NCBI GenBank assembly: GCA_964431235.1
Contig: CAYSJA010000022.1
Coordinates: forward strand, 1-63,223
Source of the DNA: an uncultured Gammaproteobacteria bacterium
GTDB lineage: Bacteria; Patescibacteriota; Patescibacteriia; Patescibacteriales; UBA12465
Direction: 5' to 3'
DNA length: 63,223 nt
Shown: one piece after another, positions 44,611 through 53,843 of the stretch
Position numbering within the stretch: the stretch's first letter is position 1
Layout: each line of letters begins with the position of its first letter
Translations under genes and position numbers: made by a program
Notes under the pieces: model-generated
Told to the model about the DNA's origin: nothing
The model's database searches: none
The model's input: only the letters and a program-made list of their open reading frames with translations

Positions 44611-45618
44611 ATGTTTATCAAACAGGTCGGAATAGACCTTGGCACAACTTATACTTTAGTTTATTTGCCCCGCCGCGGGATTGTTGTTAATGAGCCTAGT
44701 GTGGTAGCAGTTTCTGTTTCTGATAGGAAAATTTTAGCAGTAGGGAATGAAGCCAAAGATATGCTAGGCCGTACCCCGGACACGATTATAGCAGTAAAGC
44801 CTTTGAAAGACGGAGTGATTGCTGATTATCGGGCAACCGAAGCAATGATTAGATACTTTATCAATAAGACTTTAGGTGGTTTGCGTTTCTTTCGACCTGA
44901 AGTTATGGTGGCGGTGCCAGCTGGAATTTCTTCCACAGAAAGGCGGGCAGTTATTGAGGCCACTATTGCTGCCGGAGCTAAAGCCGCTTATATAATAAAA
45001 GAGCCGGTAGCAGCCGCCATTGGAGCTGATATTCCTATTGGTTCGGCAACCGGGCATATGGTGATTGATATCGGCGGCGGTACGGCGGAAATGGCAGTTA
45101 TTTCTCTAGGCGGAGTAGTAGCTTCAACTTCGGTGCGGGTAGGCGGTAATAAATTAGATGCCGCTATTTTAGAATATATCCGAAAAAAATATAATTTAGC
45201 TATTGGTGAAAGAACAGCTGAAGAAGTAAAAATAAATATTGGTTCAGCTTTGTATATGGAAGACAAACTTTATATGGAGGTGCGAGGGCGCGATATAGTC
45301 ACTGGTTTGCCTAGAAGTATTACAGTTTCTAGCGATGACGTGACTGAAGCTATTCAGAATGAACTGGAGGCTATTATTTCTGCCGCTAAACAGGTTCTTC
45401 ATAAGACTCCGCCAGAACTTTCTGCTGACATTATTGATAAAGGTATAGTTATTACCGGTGGTAGCGCTCTTTTAAGAAATATAGATCAGTTAATAGCGCG
45501 TACTACCGGTGTACCAGCTTATATTGCCGATGATGCCATGCTCTGCGTAGCTAAAGGTACCGGCATTGCTTTAGATAATTTGAATTCTTATAAACGTAGT
45601 ATTTTAGCAACTAAATAA
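44611..45618 (+). CDS. mreB: MreB-family actin-like protein, second paralogue
   Basis: VGIDLGTTYTLVY, MVIDIGGGTAEMAVISLGG. Own promoter and hairpin terminator. Confidence 0.9.
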   Translation: MFIKQVGIDLGTTYTLVYLPRRGIVVNEPSVVAVSVSDRKILAVGNEAKDMLGRTPDTIIAVKPLKDGVIADYRATEAMIRYFINKTLGGLRFFRPEVMVAVPAGISSTERRAVIEATIAAGAKAAYIIKEPVAAAIGADIPIGSATGHMVIDIGGGTAEMAVISLGGVVASTSVRVGGNKLDAAILEYIRKKYNLAIGERTAEEVKINIGSALYMEDKLYMEVRGRDIVTGLPRSITVSSDDVTEAIQNELEAIISAAKQVLHKTPPELSADIIDKGIVITGGSALLRNIDQLIARTTGVPAYIADDAMLCVAKGTGIALDNLNSYKRSILATK

Positions 45619-45620
45619 AT

Positions 45621-45645
45621 GAGCCTTCTGGGCTCTTTTTATTTT
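45621..45645 (+). terminator. intrinsic terminator after mreB paralogue 2
   Basis: GAGCC-TTCTG-GGCTC hairpin followed by TTTTTATTTT. Confidence 0.65.
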
Positions 45646-46857
45646 ATGATTATAGGTATAGACGCTTCCCGGGCAAATTTAAAAAGGAAAACCGGAACCG
45701 AGTGGTATTCTTTTTATTTAATCAAAAATTTAGCTCGGATAGATAAAACAAATAAATACATCCTTTATCTTAATTGCCGACCTTCTATTGAATTACAGGA
45801 GATTGTAAAGGATAGTCCTAATTTTTCTTTCAAATTTTTAAAATGGCCTTTCTACTCTTTTTGGACCTTGGGTCGGCTTAGTTGGGAAATGATTTGGTGC
45901 CGTCCCGATGTTTTATTTATTCCTGCCCATACTATGCCGCTTTTTTATCCCAGAAAAACGATTAATACTATTCATGATGTAGCTTTTGTTAGAGAACGCG
46001 ATTTATATCGCTCTTCCAAAGTAAAGACTGAACGGGTTTTTTTCCGTAAAATAATTGAAATTTTAGTAAGGATAATAACTAAGGGCAAATATCATTCAGA
46101 GTCTATAGATTACCTTTATTGGTCTACTGAATTCGCTCTTCGGCATGCTAAAAAAATTATTACCGTTTCCAATTTTACTAAGCAGGAAATATTAAGCATT
46201 TATCCTAAAACTAAAGGGGATAAAATAAAAGTCATACATAACGGTTATAATGATGAGCTTTATAAATTAGAGAAAGATGAGGCGAAAATAAAAGCAGTTT
46301 TGGAAAAATATGATCTAGAAAGGCCATATTTTCTTTATGTTGGCCGTATAGAAAAAAAGAAAAACACCCCGACTTTAATAGAAGCTTTATCAATGTTGCG
46401 CGATAGTTATCCAAAGGTTAAAGAAAAAATGCTTCTTATTGGTGATGCTAGTTTTGGGTATGACGAAGTTAAATATATTATTGAGGAATTTAATTTAAAT
46501 CAAGATGTAATTATGCCTGGCTGGGTGGAGGAAGAAGATATGCCCTATATCTTTAATGGCGCTACTGCCTTTATTTTTCCTTCCAAGCATGAAGGTTTTG
46601 GCATACCTATTTTGCAAGCTATGGCTTGTGGCGTGCCAACTTTAATTTCTGATATTCCAGTTTTTAGGGAGGTGGCTCAAGATGCCGCCCTTTATTTTAA
46701 TCACAAAGATAAGTCGGCTATAGCTGAAGCAATGGTTAAGTTAGTTAGCGATAAAGAATTGAGAGAAAAATTGGTGAGTAAAGGTTTGAAGCGGGCAAAA
46801 AACTTTAGTTGGAAAAAATGCGCTCAAAAAACTTTGCAAGAATTGACAGAGTTTTGA
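45646..46857 (+). CDS. glycosyltransferase family 4
   Basis: FPSKHEGFGIPILQAMACGVPTLISD. Start set to ATG 45646, because 45619-45645 forms the mreB terminator hairpin. Confidence 0.8.
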   Translation: MIIGIDASRANLKRKTGTEWYSFYLIKNLARIDKTNKYILYLNCRPSIELQEIVKDSPNFSFKFLKWPFYSFWTLGRLSWEMIWCRPDVLFIPAHTMPLFYPRKTINTIHDVAFVRERDLYRSSKVKTERVFFRKIIEILVRIITKGKYHSESIDYLYWSTEFALRHAKKIITVSNFTKQEILSIYPKTKGDKIKVIHNGYNDELYKLEKDEAKIKAVLEKYDLERPYFLYVGRIEKKKNTPTLIEALSMLRDSYPKVKEKMLLIGDASFGYDEVKYIIEEFNLNQDVIMPGWVEEEDMPYIFNGATAFIFPSKHEGFGIPILQAMACGVPTLISDIPVFREVAQDAALYFNHKDKSAIAEAMVKLVSDKELREKLVSKGLKRAKNFSWKKCAQKTLQELTEF

Positions 46858-46921
46858 AAGAAAAGAATTATAGCTTTAAAGCTTGTAAAATAAGGGTCCT
46901 GTGTTATTATATAGATGTTAT

Positions 46922-48970
46922 ATGAAAATAATAATAACATCTTTTTTTGTATTTTTTATATTATCCTGTCTTGTCGTCGGGCCAGTATTTGCCGCTTTAT
47001 CGCCTAATGACCCTTTTTATAAAAATCAATGGTATTTGTCAAAAATTGAAGCGGATAAAGCTTGGGATAAGATTTCTGCCAGTCCAGAGACAATTATTGC
47101 TGTTATTGATTCCGGAATCCAAATTGATCATCCAGATTTAAAGGAAAACATTTGGAAAAATAAAAAGGAAATACCAGGAGACGGGATAGACAATGATAAT
47201 AACGGCTTTACCGATGATTATCAGGGTTGGGATTTTATTGATAACACACCCAATCCTTCGCCTAAACCCATTGAAGGTTGGACCGAGGCCGGTATTTCCC
47301 ATGGTACTATAGTGGCTGGCATTATTGCCGCCCAGGGAAATAATAATAAAGGTATAGCCGGCGTTTCTTGGCAAGCGCAAATTATGCCGCTTAAAGCCCT
47401 AAACGATAAAGGAGAAGGGAAAATAAGCGATGTGATAAGGGCAATAGATTATGCCATAAATAATGGTGCTCATATTATAAACCTTAGTTTTACTAGTTTA
47501 AGCTATAGTCAAGATTTGCAAGAGGCGATTTATCGCGCTCATTCAGCCGGTGTTATGATAGTAGCGGCTGCCGGTAATGAACAAGCTTCAGGACAAGGAT
47601 ATAACATTAATGAAACTAAATTGTATCCAGCTTGTTACGATGATTACCTTATTGGTGAAAATATGGTTATCGGCGTGGCCGCTACTGATGCCTTGGATCA
47701 AAAAACCGGATTTTCCAGTTATGGCTTTAATTGTATTGATATAACTGCTCCCGGGATTAGTTTTTTTAGTACTGTTACTAACATTGGTTTATCTAATACT
47801 GATAAGTATTATGATGGTTATTTTTCTGGCACTTCCATGGCTGCTCCTCTTGTTTCTGCCACTTTAGCGCTTATTCAAGAAGCTAATCCAGAGCTTAGTC
47901 GACGGGAAATAGTTAATATTTTATTCGCTTCTTCTGATAACATTAGTAGTCTAAATCCAGATTATATCGGTCAGTTGGGAAACGGACGTTTAAATATTAA
48001 TCGGGCTGTACAGATGGCTAAGGAAAAACTTTATAGTCGTTTAGGCCGTTTAGTAATAGTTCCTTTAGGAAAAGAAGAGGGTGAGGTAGCTAAGGAAATA
48101 AAGATTTCTTCCGTTAACGGAGATCTTGTTTATAATTTAGCGGCAGAAATAATACCTGAGGGAGTTAGTTTTTTTGCCGGTGATGTTAATGGTGACGGTC
48201 AAGAAGAGTTAGTAGTGGGAGCGCTGAGCGGACAAGATCCTTTTGTTAGAATATATGACAGAAAGGGAAAGTTTTTGTTAGAGTTTTTGGCGGCTGATAA
48301 GAATTTTAAGGGTGGTATTAATTTAACTTTAGCTGATTTGAATGACGATGGAAATTGGGAAATTATTACTGCGCCAGCTTCTTCTGGCTCTCCAGAAATA
48401 AAGATTTTTGATTATCATGGTAGTTTGCAAAATAGTTTTTTTATAGCCGATAAATCCTGGCGCGGAGGGCTACAAATAGCAGCTGGCAATATAGACGGTC
48501 GTGGTTACCAAGAAATAGTAGCAGCCTTTTCTGCCGGTGATGAACCACAAATCAGAATTTCAAGCGCTGAAGGTAATTTATTGGGAGTTTTTTTAGCTTA
48601 TGAAAAGAGTTTTAGAGGTGGTGTTAATTTAGCAGTTGCCAATATAAATGGCCGCAAAGACAGGAATAAAGCGGAGATAATAGTTGCTCCTGGACCTGGC
48701 CGAGCGCCAGAAATTAAGATTTTTACTAATCGAGCTAATTTGCAACATAGTTTTAAAGGCTATTCCGACAATTGGCGTCAAGGGGTTAATATATCAACCG
48801 GAGATACCAATAAAGACGGAATTTTTGATATAATATTAAGCGCCTATCCCGGTGGAGCACCTCATATTAGAATATTTAATGCTAATGGTCGGCTTTTAGA
48901 ATCTTTCTATGCTTTTGAAGAGGGCTTTTTAAAAGGTGTAAAGGCTGGTATAATAAAAATAAATAATTAA
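46922..48970 (+). CDS. secreted S8 subtilisin-like protease fused to FG-GAP/VCBS-like repeats
   Basis: Signal peptide. Catalytic triad AVIDSGI / SHGTIVAGII / SGTSMAAPLVSA. About five C-terminal ~55-aa repeats with GD(V/I)NGDG...P.I(K/R)IF. Confidence 0.85.
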   Translation: MKIIITSFFVFFILSCLVVGPVFAALSPNDPFYKNQWYLSKIEADKAWDKISASPETIIAVIDSGIQIDHPDLKENIWKNKKEIPGDGIDNDNNGFTDDYQGWDFIDNTPNPSPKPIEGWTEAGISHGTIVAGIIAAQGNNNKGIAGVSWQAQIMPLKALNDKGEGKISDVIRAIDYAINNGAHIINLSFTSLSYSQDLQEAIYRAHSAGVMIVAAAGNEQASGQGYNINETKLYPACYDDYLIGENMVIGVAATDALDQKTGFSSYGFNCIDITAPGISFFSTVTNIGLSNTDKYYDGYFSGTSMAAPLVSATLALIQEANPELSRREIVNILFASSDNISSLNPDYIGQLGNGRLNINRAVQMAKEKLYSRLGRLVIVPLGKEEGEVAKEIKISSVNGDLVYNLAAEIIPEGVSFFAGDVNGDGQEELVVGALSGQDPFVRIYDRKGKFLLEFLAADKNFKGGINLTLADLNDDGNWEIITAPASSGSPEIKIFDYHGSLQNSFFIADKSWRGGLQIAAGNIDGRGYQEIVAAFSAGDEPQIRISSAEGNLLGVFLAYEKSFRGGVNLAVANINGRKDRNKAEIIVAPGPGRAPEIKIFTNRANLQHSFKGYSDNWRQGVNISTGDTNKDGIFDIILSAYPGGAPHIRIFNANGRLLESFYAFEEGFLKGVKAGIIKINN

Positions 48971-48983
48971 ATATATACGAGTT

Positions 48984-50006
48984 ATGGCTAAAAAAATAAT
49001 TTTTGACAAGGATAATATTATAATCGCCGGTGGAGCCGGTTTTATCGGTTCTCATTTATGTGATAAATTAGTCAAAACTCATAAAGTTATTTGTATTGAT
49101 AATTTTATTTCTGGTAGTGAGCGTAACATTGACCATTTACTCTCTAATCCTAATTTTATTTTTATAAACCATGATTTGTCAGAGCCAATAGATTTGGAGA
49201 CAGTATCAGAATTGAAGAAATTTAAAATTGAGTTTCAGGGTATTCAAGAAATATATAATTTGGCCTGTCCTATGTCGCCACGTTATTTTTTAGAAAACCG
49301 TTTGGCGATTATTGACGCCAATTCACAGGTAGTAAAAAATTTGTTGAACTTAGCAGTTAAATATAATTCAAAATTTCTTCATTTTTCCTCTTCAGTTGTT
49401 TATGGTCTTCGTGATTTAAAAGATCCTAATTTTAAAGTGAAAGAAAGTGATTTAGGGAAAGTGGATAATTTATCAGAAAGAGCGTCTTATGATGAAGGTA
49501 AACGTTTTGCTGAAACCATGGTATCCACTTATCGCTCTATTTATAATATTGATGCAAAAATAATCAGATTATTTCGAGTCTACGGTCCGAGAATGAAATC
49601 CGAAGATGGTCAAATGATGCCCGATTTTATAAATAATGCTATAGAAGGTAAAGATATAATTATAAACGGTGATGAAAATTTTTCTTCTTCTTTTTGTTAT
49701 ATTGAAGATGTATTGGATGCAATAGAGAAGATGATAAATTCTGATTTAGCTGGCCCTTTAAATATTGGTTCTGATATTGATTTCAAATTAACAGATCTAG
49801 TCAATATAATTTTAAAAGAGACTGGTTCAAGTTCGAAAATAGTTTATAAGGAGAATTTACTCTTTATGACTGAGCTACTCCTACCCGATACACATTTAGC
49901 TAGAAACGAGTTGGGCTGGATGCCAATAGTTACTTTGGAAAATGGTTTAAAAAAAACAATTTTTGATATTCAAGCACATAAGAAGTTGCAAGGATTTAAA
50001 AGTTGA
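48984..50006 (+). CDS. NAD-dependent epimerase/dehydratase (UDP-glucuronate decarboxylase-like)
   Basis: GGAGFIGSHLCDKL, YDEGKRFAE. Confidence 0.8.
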   Translation: MAKKIIFDKDNIIIAGGAGFIGSHLCDKLVKTHKVICIDNFISGSERNIDHLLSNPNFIFINHDLSEPIDLETVSELKKFKIEFQGIQEIYNLACPMSPRYFLENRLAIIDANSQVVKNLLNLAVKYNSKFLHFSSSVVYGLRDLKDPNFKVKESDLGKVDNLSERASYDEGKRFAETMVSTYRSIYNIDAKIIRLFRVYGPRMKSEDGQMMPDFINNAIEGKDIIINGDENFSSSFCYIEDVLDAIEKMINSDLAGPLNIGSDIDFKLTDLVNIILKETGSSSKIVYKENLLFMTELLLPDTHLARNELGWMPIVTLENGLKKTIFDIQAHKKLQGFKS

Positions 50007-50024
50007 TTTTGAAGAGTATTGATT

Positions 50025-51065
50025 TCAATTATTATTTATTTTTTTAAATAGGTCTTCCATTGAATTAGGTGTAAATAATAAATCTGTTTCAGATATTGTT
50101 TCTGGTATGCCGCCTAGGTTGGAGGCGATAATTTTCAAGCCAGCCTCTTTGGCTTCGGTGATAATAAGAGGCGAATTTTCATAACATAAAGAGGGAACTA
50201 CTAAAGCGTCACTTTGCATCATTATTTGATTTAGTTGTTGTTTGTTTAGATTACCTAAAAAGATAATGCGTTTATCTTCTTTAGCTATCTTTTTTGCTTT
50301 TTCAAGTAAATTACCATTTCCGGCTATTTGTAAAATCATATCTTTAGCAGCTAAATTTTTGAAGGCGTTAATTAGAAAAATAACACCTTTGTGTTTTTCA
50401 ATTTGTCCAGCAAAAAGCAATTTTTTAATATTCTTTTTTTCCGCAGTTTTAACAATCGTATTTTGAGCAAATGGTCTAATTTCTATTTTTGAAGAAGGAA
50501 AGAAACCGCGTTTCTGGTGTTCCTTCAAGAGCCAATATGAAGGAGATATTATTAAATCAGGAGAGCCCATTATTTTTTTAGTAAAGAAGCGATATAATTT
50601 AGCAGGTAAATAATTTATTTTTTGTTCTTTACCCAATATTATTAAGCCAGAAGGATGCAGCAACTGAATATCATGCAAAAAGTGGTGGTGTTTAGCACCG
50701 CTTAATTTAATAGCTTGAGTTGTTAAAAATCCTAAACCAATCAAATTATGGGAAATGACCAAATCCGGTTTTTCTTTATTAAGTATTTCCAGTATTTTTT
50801 TATATTGATAGAAGGAAAAGAGATTTTTTAAATGCCAAAAAAATTTGATAAAGATTGACTTTTTTCCTAAGTTAAAGAAATCGGATTTGATATAGAAAAT
50901 TTTGTCATTTTCATTTTTTTTTAAATCAGGAAATTTTGGTTTGGTGGTAATAATAAAAACATTATGATTTTCGGCTTTTAAATTTTTTACCATTTGCGCG
51001 CTTACTTTTTCTGCTCCGCCACGCTCGTAAGGGGGGTAAAGATTATTTATTAAACAGATTTTCAT
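50025..51065 (-). CDS. glycosyltransferase family 4
   Basis: VPSLCYENSPLIITEAKEAGLKIIASNLGGIPE. N-terminal MKICLINNLYPPYERGGAE. Confidence 0.8.
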   Translation of the reverse strand: MKICLINNLYPPYERGGAEKVSAQMVKNLKAENHNVFIITTKPKFPDLKKNENDKIFYIKSDFFNLGKKSIFIKFFWHLKNLFSFYQYKKILEILNKEKPDLVISHNLIGLGFLTTQAIKLSGAKHHHFLHDIQLLHPSGLIILGKEQKINYLPAKLYRFFTKKIMGSPDLIISPSYWLLKEHQKRGFFPSSKIEIRPFAQNTIVKTAEKKNIKKLLFAGQIEKHKGVIFLINAFKNLAAKDMILQIAGNGNLLEKAKKIAKEDKRIIFLGNLNKQQLNQIMMQSDALVVPSLCYENSPLIITEAKEAGLKIIASNLGGIPETISETDLLFTPNSMEDLFKKINNN

Positions 51066-52173
51066 AAGTTTGTTTTATTTTTTTTTGATTGTATTTTTTG
51101 ATTGCCAGTAAACGTGCATTTTTTGCCATAATTTCTCTAATTTTTTCATGATTAGCGATGAATTCCAGTTTATCTTTCAGATCCTGTTTATTCCCCGGCT
51201 CTATGAATAGTCCCTCTTGGTGATCGGTAAATACACTCCTTACTCCAGGCAGATTGGAGGCGATAACCGGTACTCCACAAGCCAAAGCTTCTATTAGGAC
51301 CAAGCCGAAAGCTTCATTTTGATTAATTGAAGGCAGAACGAGAAGATCAGAATTTTGCAATGATCTGATAAGATCGTCTTTAGGCAATTGGCCGGAAAAA
51401 ATTATTTGATTAAATATTCCTAGCCTGGCGGCTAGAGTTTGATATTCTGCCTTTAAGTCGCCGTCACCGATGATTTGCAAACGCCAATTTTTTTTATCCC
51501 ATAAAGCTAGGGCTTCAAGCAGTGTCGGTATGCCCTTAAAGTAATGGGCTTTATCCAGTCCGCCGATAAATATGAGGTCAAGCCGGTTTTTTTTAATAAA
51601 CAACTCATTAACTTTTTTAATTAGGTCTTTAGCCTTGGCTATAATTTTATTTTGGCTGGGCAGATTTATTTCTTTGGGTTTGAATTCATCAATATCAAGC
51701 GCGAAGGGAATTTCTTCAAATTTTTCCGGATATTTTTTATAAAAATTTTTTATTTGGCTGTTTTTTATATAATCCAAACTGGCGCTAATAATAATATCAG
51801 CTCGTTTCAATAAATTATTTCTGATTATTAAATTGGGCCAGCTGAGAATTCTATTTTTTAGGGATTTATTTTTTACATCCATATGATAATGGATGATCAG
51901 TTTGATTTTAGGGTTTATTAGTTTATAAAGCCAAACTACTTCAGTAGTGCCGAAAAAAGGATAATGCAAATAAAGGTAATCAAATTTTTTCAATTTCCAA
52001 AGTAATTGAGGCATAAAAGCACCGTGGCCACAACGTAACCAGGGCTTGATATTATCAGGGGTAAAGTTGACTATTTTGTGCTTGTTCTTTATCAACTTAT
52101 AAATTTTTTCAGCACTATTACCGATGCCGCCAGCATAAGGAGGATAAGCGCAGACTATCTGAGCAATTTTCAT
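51043..52173 (-). CDS. glycosyltransferase family 4
   Basis: LPSINQNEAFGLVLIEALACGVPVIASNLPG. 23-nt overlap with the downstream GT4. Confidence 0.8.
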   Translation of the reverse strand: MKIAQIVCAYPPYAGGIGNSAEKIYKLIKNKHKIVNFTPDNIKPWLRCGHGAFMPQLLWKLKKFDYLYLHYPFFGTTEVVWLYKLINPKIKLIIHYHMDVKNKSLKNRILSWPNLIIRNNLLKRADIIISASLDYIKNSQIKNFYKKYPEKFEEIPFALDIDEFKPKEINLPSQNKIIAKAKDLIKKVNELFIKKNRLDLIFIGGLDKAHYFKGIPTLLEALALWDKKNWRLQIIGDGDLKAEYQTLAARLGIFNQIIFSGQLPKDDLIRSLQNSDLLVLPSINQNEAFGLVLIEALACGVPVIASNLPGVRSVFTDHQEGLFIEPGNKQDLKDKLEFIANHEKIREIMAKNARLLAIKKYNQKKIKQTYENLFNK

Positions 52174-52185
52174 AAACAGAATATT

Positions 52186-52542
52186 TTATTTATTAGAATC
52201 GTTTATCTTTTCTTCTTTTTCCCTTAAATCAAGAGCGATTTTTCTGGCAATTTTTGTCAGGTTAGCTTCTGTTTTTGCTAAGGATAGATGTAGTTTAAAT
52301 ACCAGATAGAACAAAATAATTACAGTTAAATAAAGCAGAAAATTTATACCAGTTCCAGAAAATCCCAAATTTATCACCAACTGATCTATTTGCCGAATAA
52401 AAACGATTGCCAGGGCGCCCATCAGCCAAAAAACTAACCATAATAAAAATTCATTTTTATTTATTCTTTGTTTTCTTTTTTGTTTTATTAAGCGCCAAAT
52501 AAATAGAGCTATGATGACTAAAGCGATTATTTGTTGTAACAT
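52186..52542 (-). CDS. DUF2304-like small membrane protein
   Basis: 118 aa, three or four TM helices, basic loop RLIKQKRKQR. It leads a glycosyltransferase operon, as DUF2304 genes often do. Confidence 0.5.
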   Translation of the reverse strand: MLQQIIALVIIALFIWRLIKQKRKQRINKNEFLLWLVFWLMGALAIVFIRQIDQLVINLGFSGTGINFLLYLTVIILFYLVFKLHLSLAKTEANLTKIARKIALDLREKEEKINDSNK

Positions 52543-52674
52543 ATATTTTAATTGACAATTATTATAAGTAGTGTTAAATTCAAATGATTAGTCAGCTCTT
52601 TAATTTTGACTTTTCATAAATATTTTTCATAAATATAGTTCTTTTATAATATAACATAATCAAAATTTTAAATC

Positions 52675-53124
52675 ATGAAACAAATACAGATTGTGAGAAA
52701 TTCAGTAAAAGTGGCACTTTTTATTATTGTCTACTTATTAGTTCGTTTCGCCGTTTCCTTATTTCAAGAAGAACCGGCTTGTGGTTGGGATGTATCGGCC
52801 ATATTAATATCAATATTGGCTTTGGCAATTTTTGCTATTTATTATTCTGTTAAACCAGAAAAATCAACATTTATTAGTTGGCAATTTTTTCTTTTTTTTG
52901 CCGCCGGTAGTTTATTCTGGTTTCCCGAGGGATTAGCCCGATATAGTTTATTGGTAGCAATAGCAGTTTTTTTCTTTCTCTTTTTAATTTCTCTTTTTTC
53001 TACCGTTAAATCAATTGTTAAGGGAGAAAATGAGGAGATAGAAAAAATTGGCCATTTTCTGTTGATTTGTAGCATTTATATCTTGATTTTACCGGCAGTT
53101 GCCTTAGGGGAGATGTTTTTCTGA
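52675..53124 (+). CDS. hypothetical polytopic membrane protein
   Basis: 149-aa ORF with about four hydrophobic helices. A hairpin terminator follows. Confidence 0.55.
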   Translation: MKQIQIVRNSVKVALFIIVYLLVRFAVSLFQEEPACGWDVSAILISILALAIFAIYYSVKPEKSTFISWQFFLFFAAGSLFWFPEGLARYSLLVAIAVFFFLFLISLFSTVKSIVKGENEEIEKIGHFLLICSIYILILPAVALGEMFF

Positions 53125-53149
53125 TTTTTTAAAATTCAAAAAAATTTAT

Positions 53150-53178
53150 AAGGGGTATTTTTAAAAAGCCCCTTTTTT
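53150..53178. terminator. bidirectional terminator between convergent genes
   Basis: AAGGGG...CCCCTT hairpin with an internal TTTTT/AAAAA extension, then a T-run. It overlaps the GT2 stop codon. Confidence 0.55.
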
Positions 53179-53839
53179 ATTTAATGATTTTTTTAATTAA
53201 CAAGTCTTTTATTATTCTTATACCGCCGGAAAATTTTTGTCCAAATTCATGATATACAACGGTAATTGGCACTTCTTTTACTTTTATTTTATATTTAAAT
53301 AATTGGTGGAGAATTTCGCTACAATGAGCCATACCGTCATTTTTTATAACAATCTTTTTAGCTGTTTCTCTATTAAAAGCCCGGAAACCGCTTTGGGGAT
53401 CACTGAGTTTAATATTAAAAAACAAGTAATTTATTAGCCTAGCTATAGGCATAATAACATATTTTTTTAGTTTAGGTAGATTAGATTTTTTATCTAAAAA
53501 ACGAGAGCCTAGTACTGCTTCCGCCTCTTTTTCTTCTAATGGTTTGATTATTGTTGCTATTTCTTCGGCTTGGAATTGGTTGTCGGCGTCAAAATGTATA
53601 ATGATGTCAGCGCCATGATTTAAAGCATAATCATCTCCGGTTTGAAGCGCTGCTCCTTGACCGCGATTAATAGGGTGCGAAATAACAGTAGCACCATTTT
53701 TTTTGGCTAAATAAGCCGTCTGATCATGAGAGCAATCATCTATTACTACTACTTCATCTACTAAGAGATTCACTCTTTTTATAACTTCAACAATATTTTT
53801 TGCTTCGTTGTAAGCGGGTATGATACAGATTTTTTTCAT
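53177..53839 (-). CDS. glycosyltransferase family 2 (polyprenyl-phosphate sugar synthase-like, Dpm1/GtrB type)
   Basis: ICIIPAYNEAKNI, VVVIDDCSHDQT, HFDADNQF; 220 aa, soluble catalytic domain only. Confidence 0.8.
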   Translation of the reverse strand: MKKICIIPAYNEAKNIVEVIKRVNLLVDEVVVIDDCSHDQTAYLAKKNGATVISHPINRGQGAALQTGDDYALNHGADIIIHFDADNQFQAEEIATIIKPLEEKEAEAVLGSRFLDKKSNLPKLKKYVIMPIARLINYLFFNIKLSDPQSGFRAFNRETAKKIVIKNDGMAHCSEILHQLFKYKIKVKEVPITVVYHEFGQKFSGGIRIIKDLLIKKIIK

Positions 53840-53843
53840 GTTA

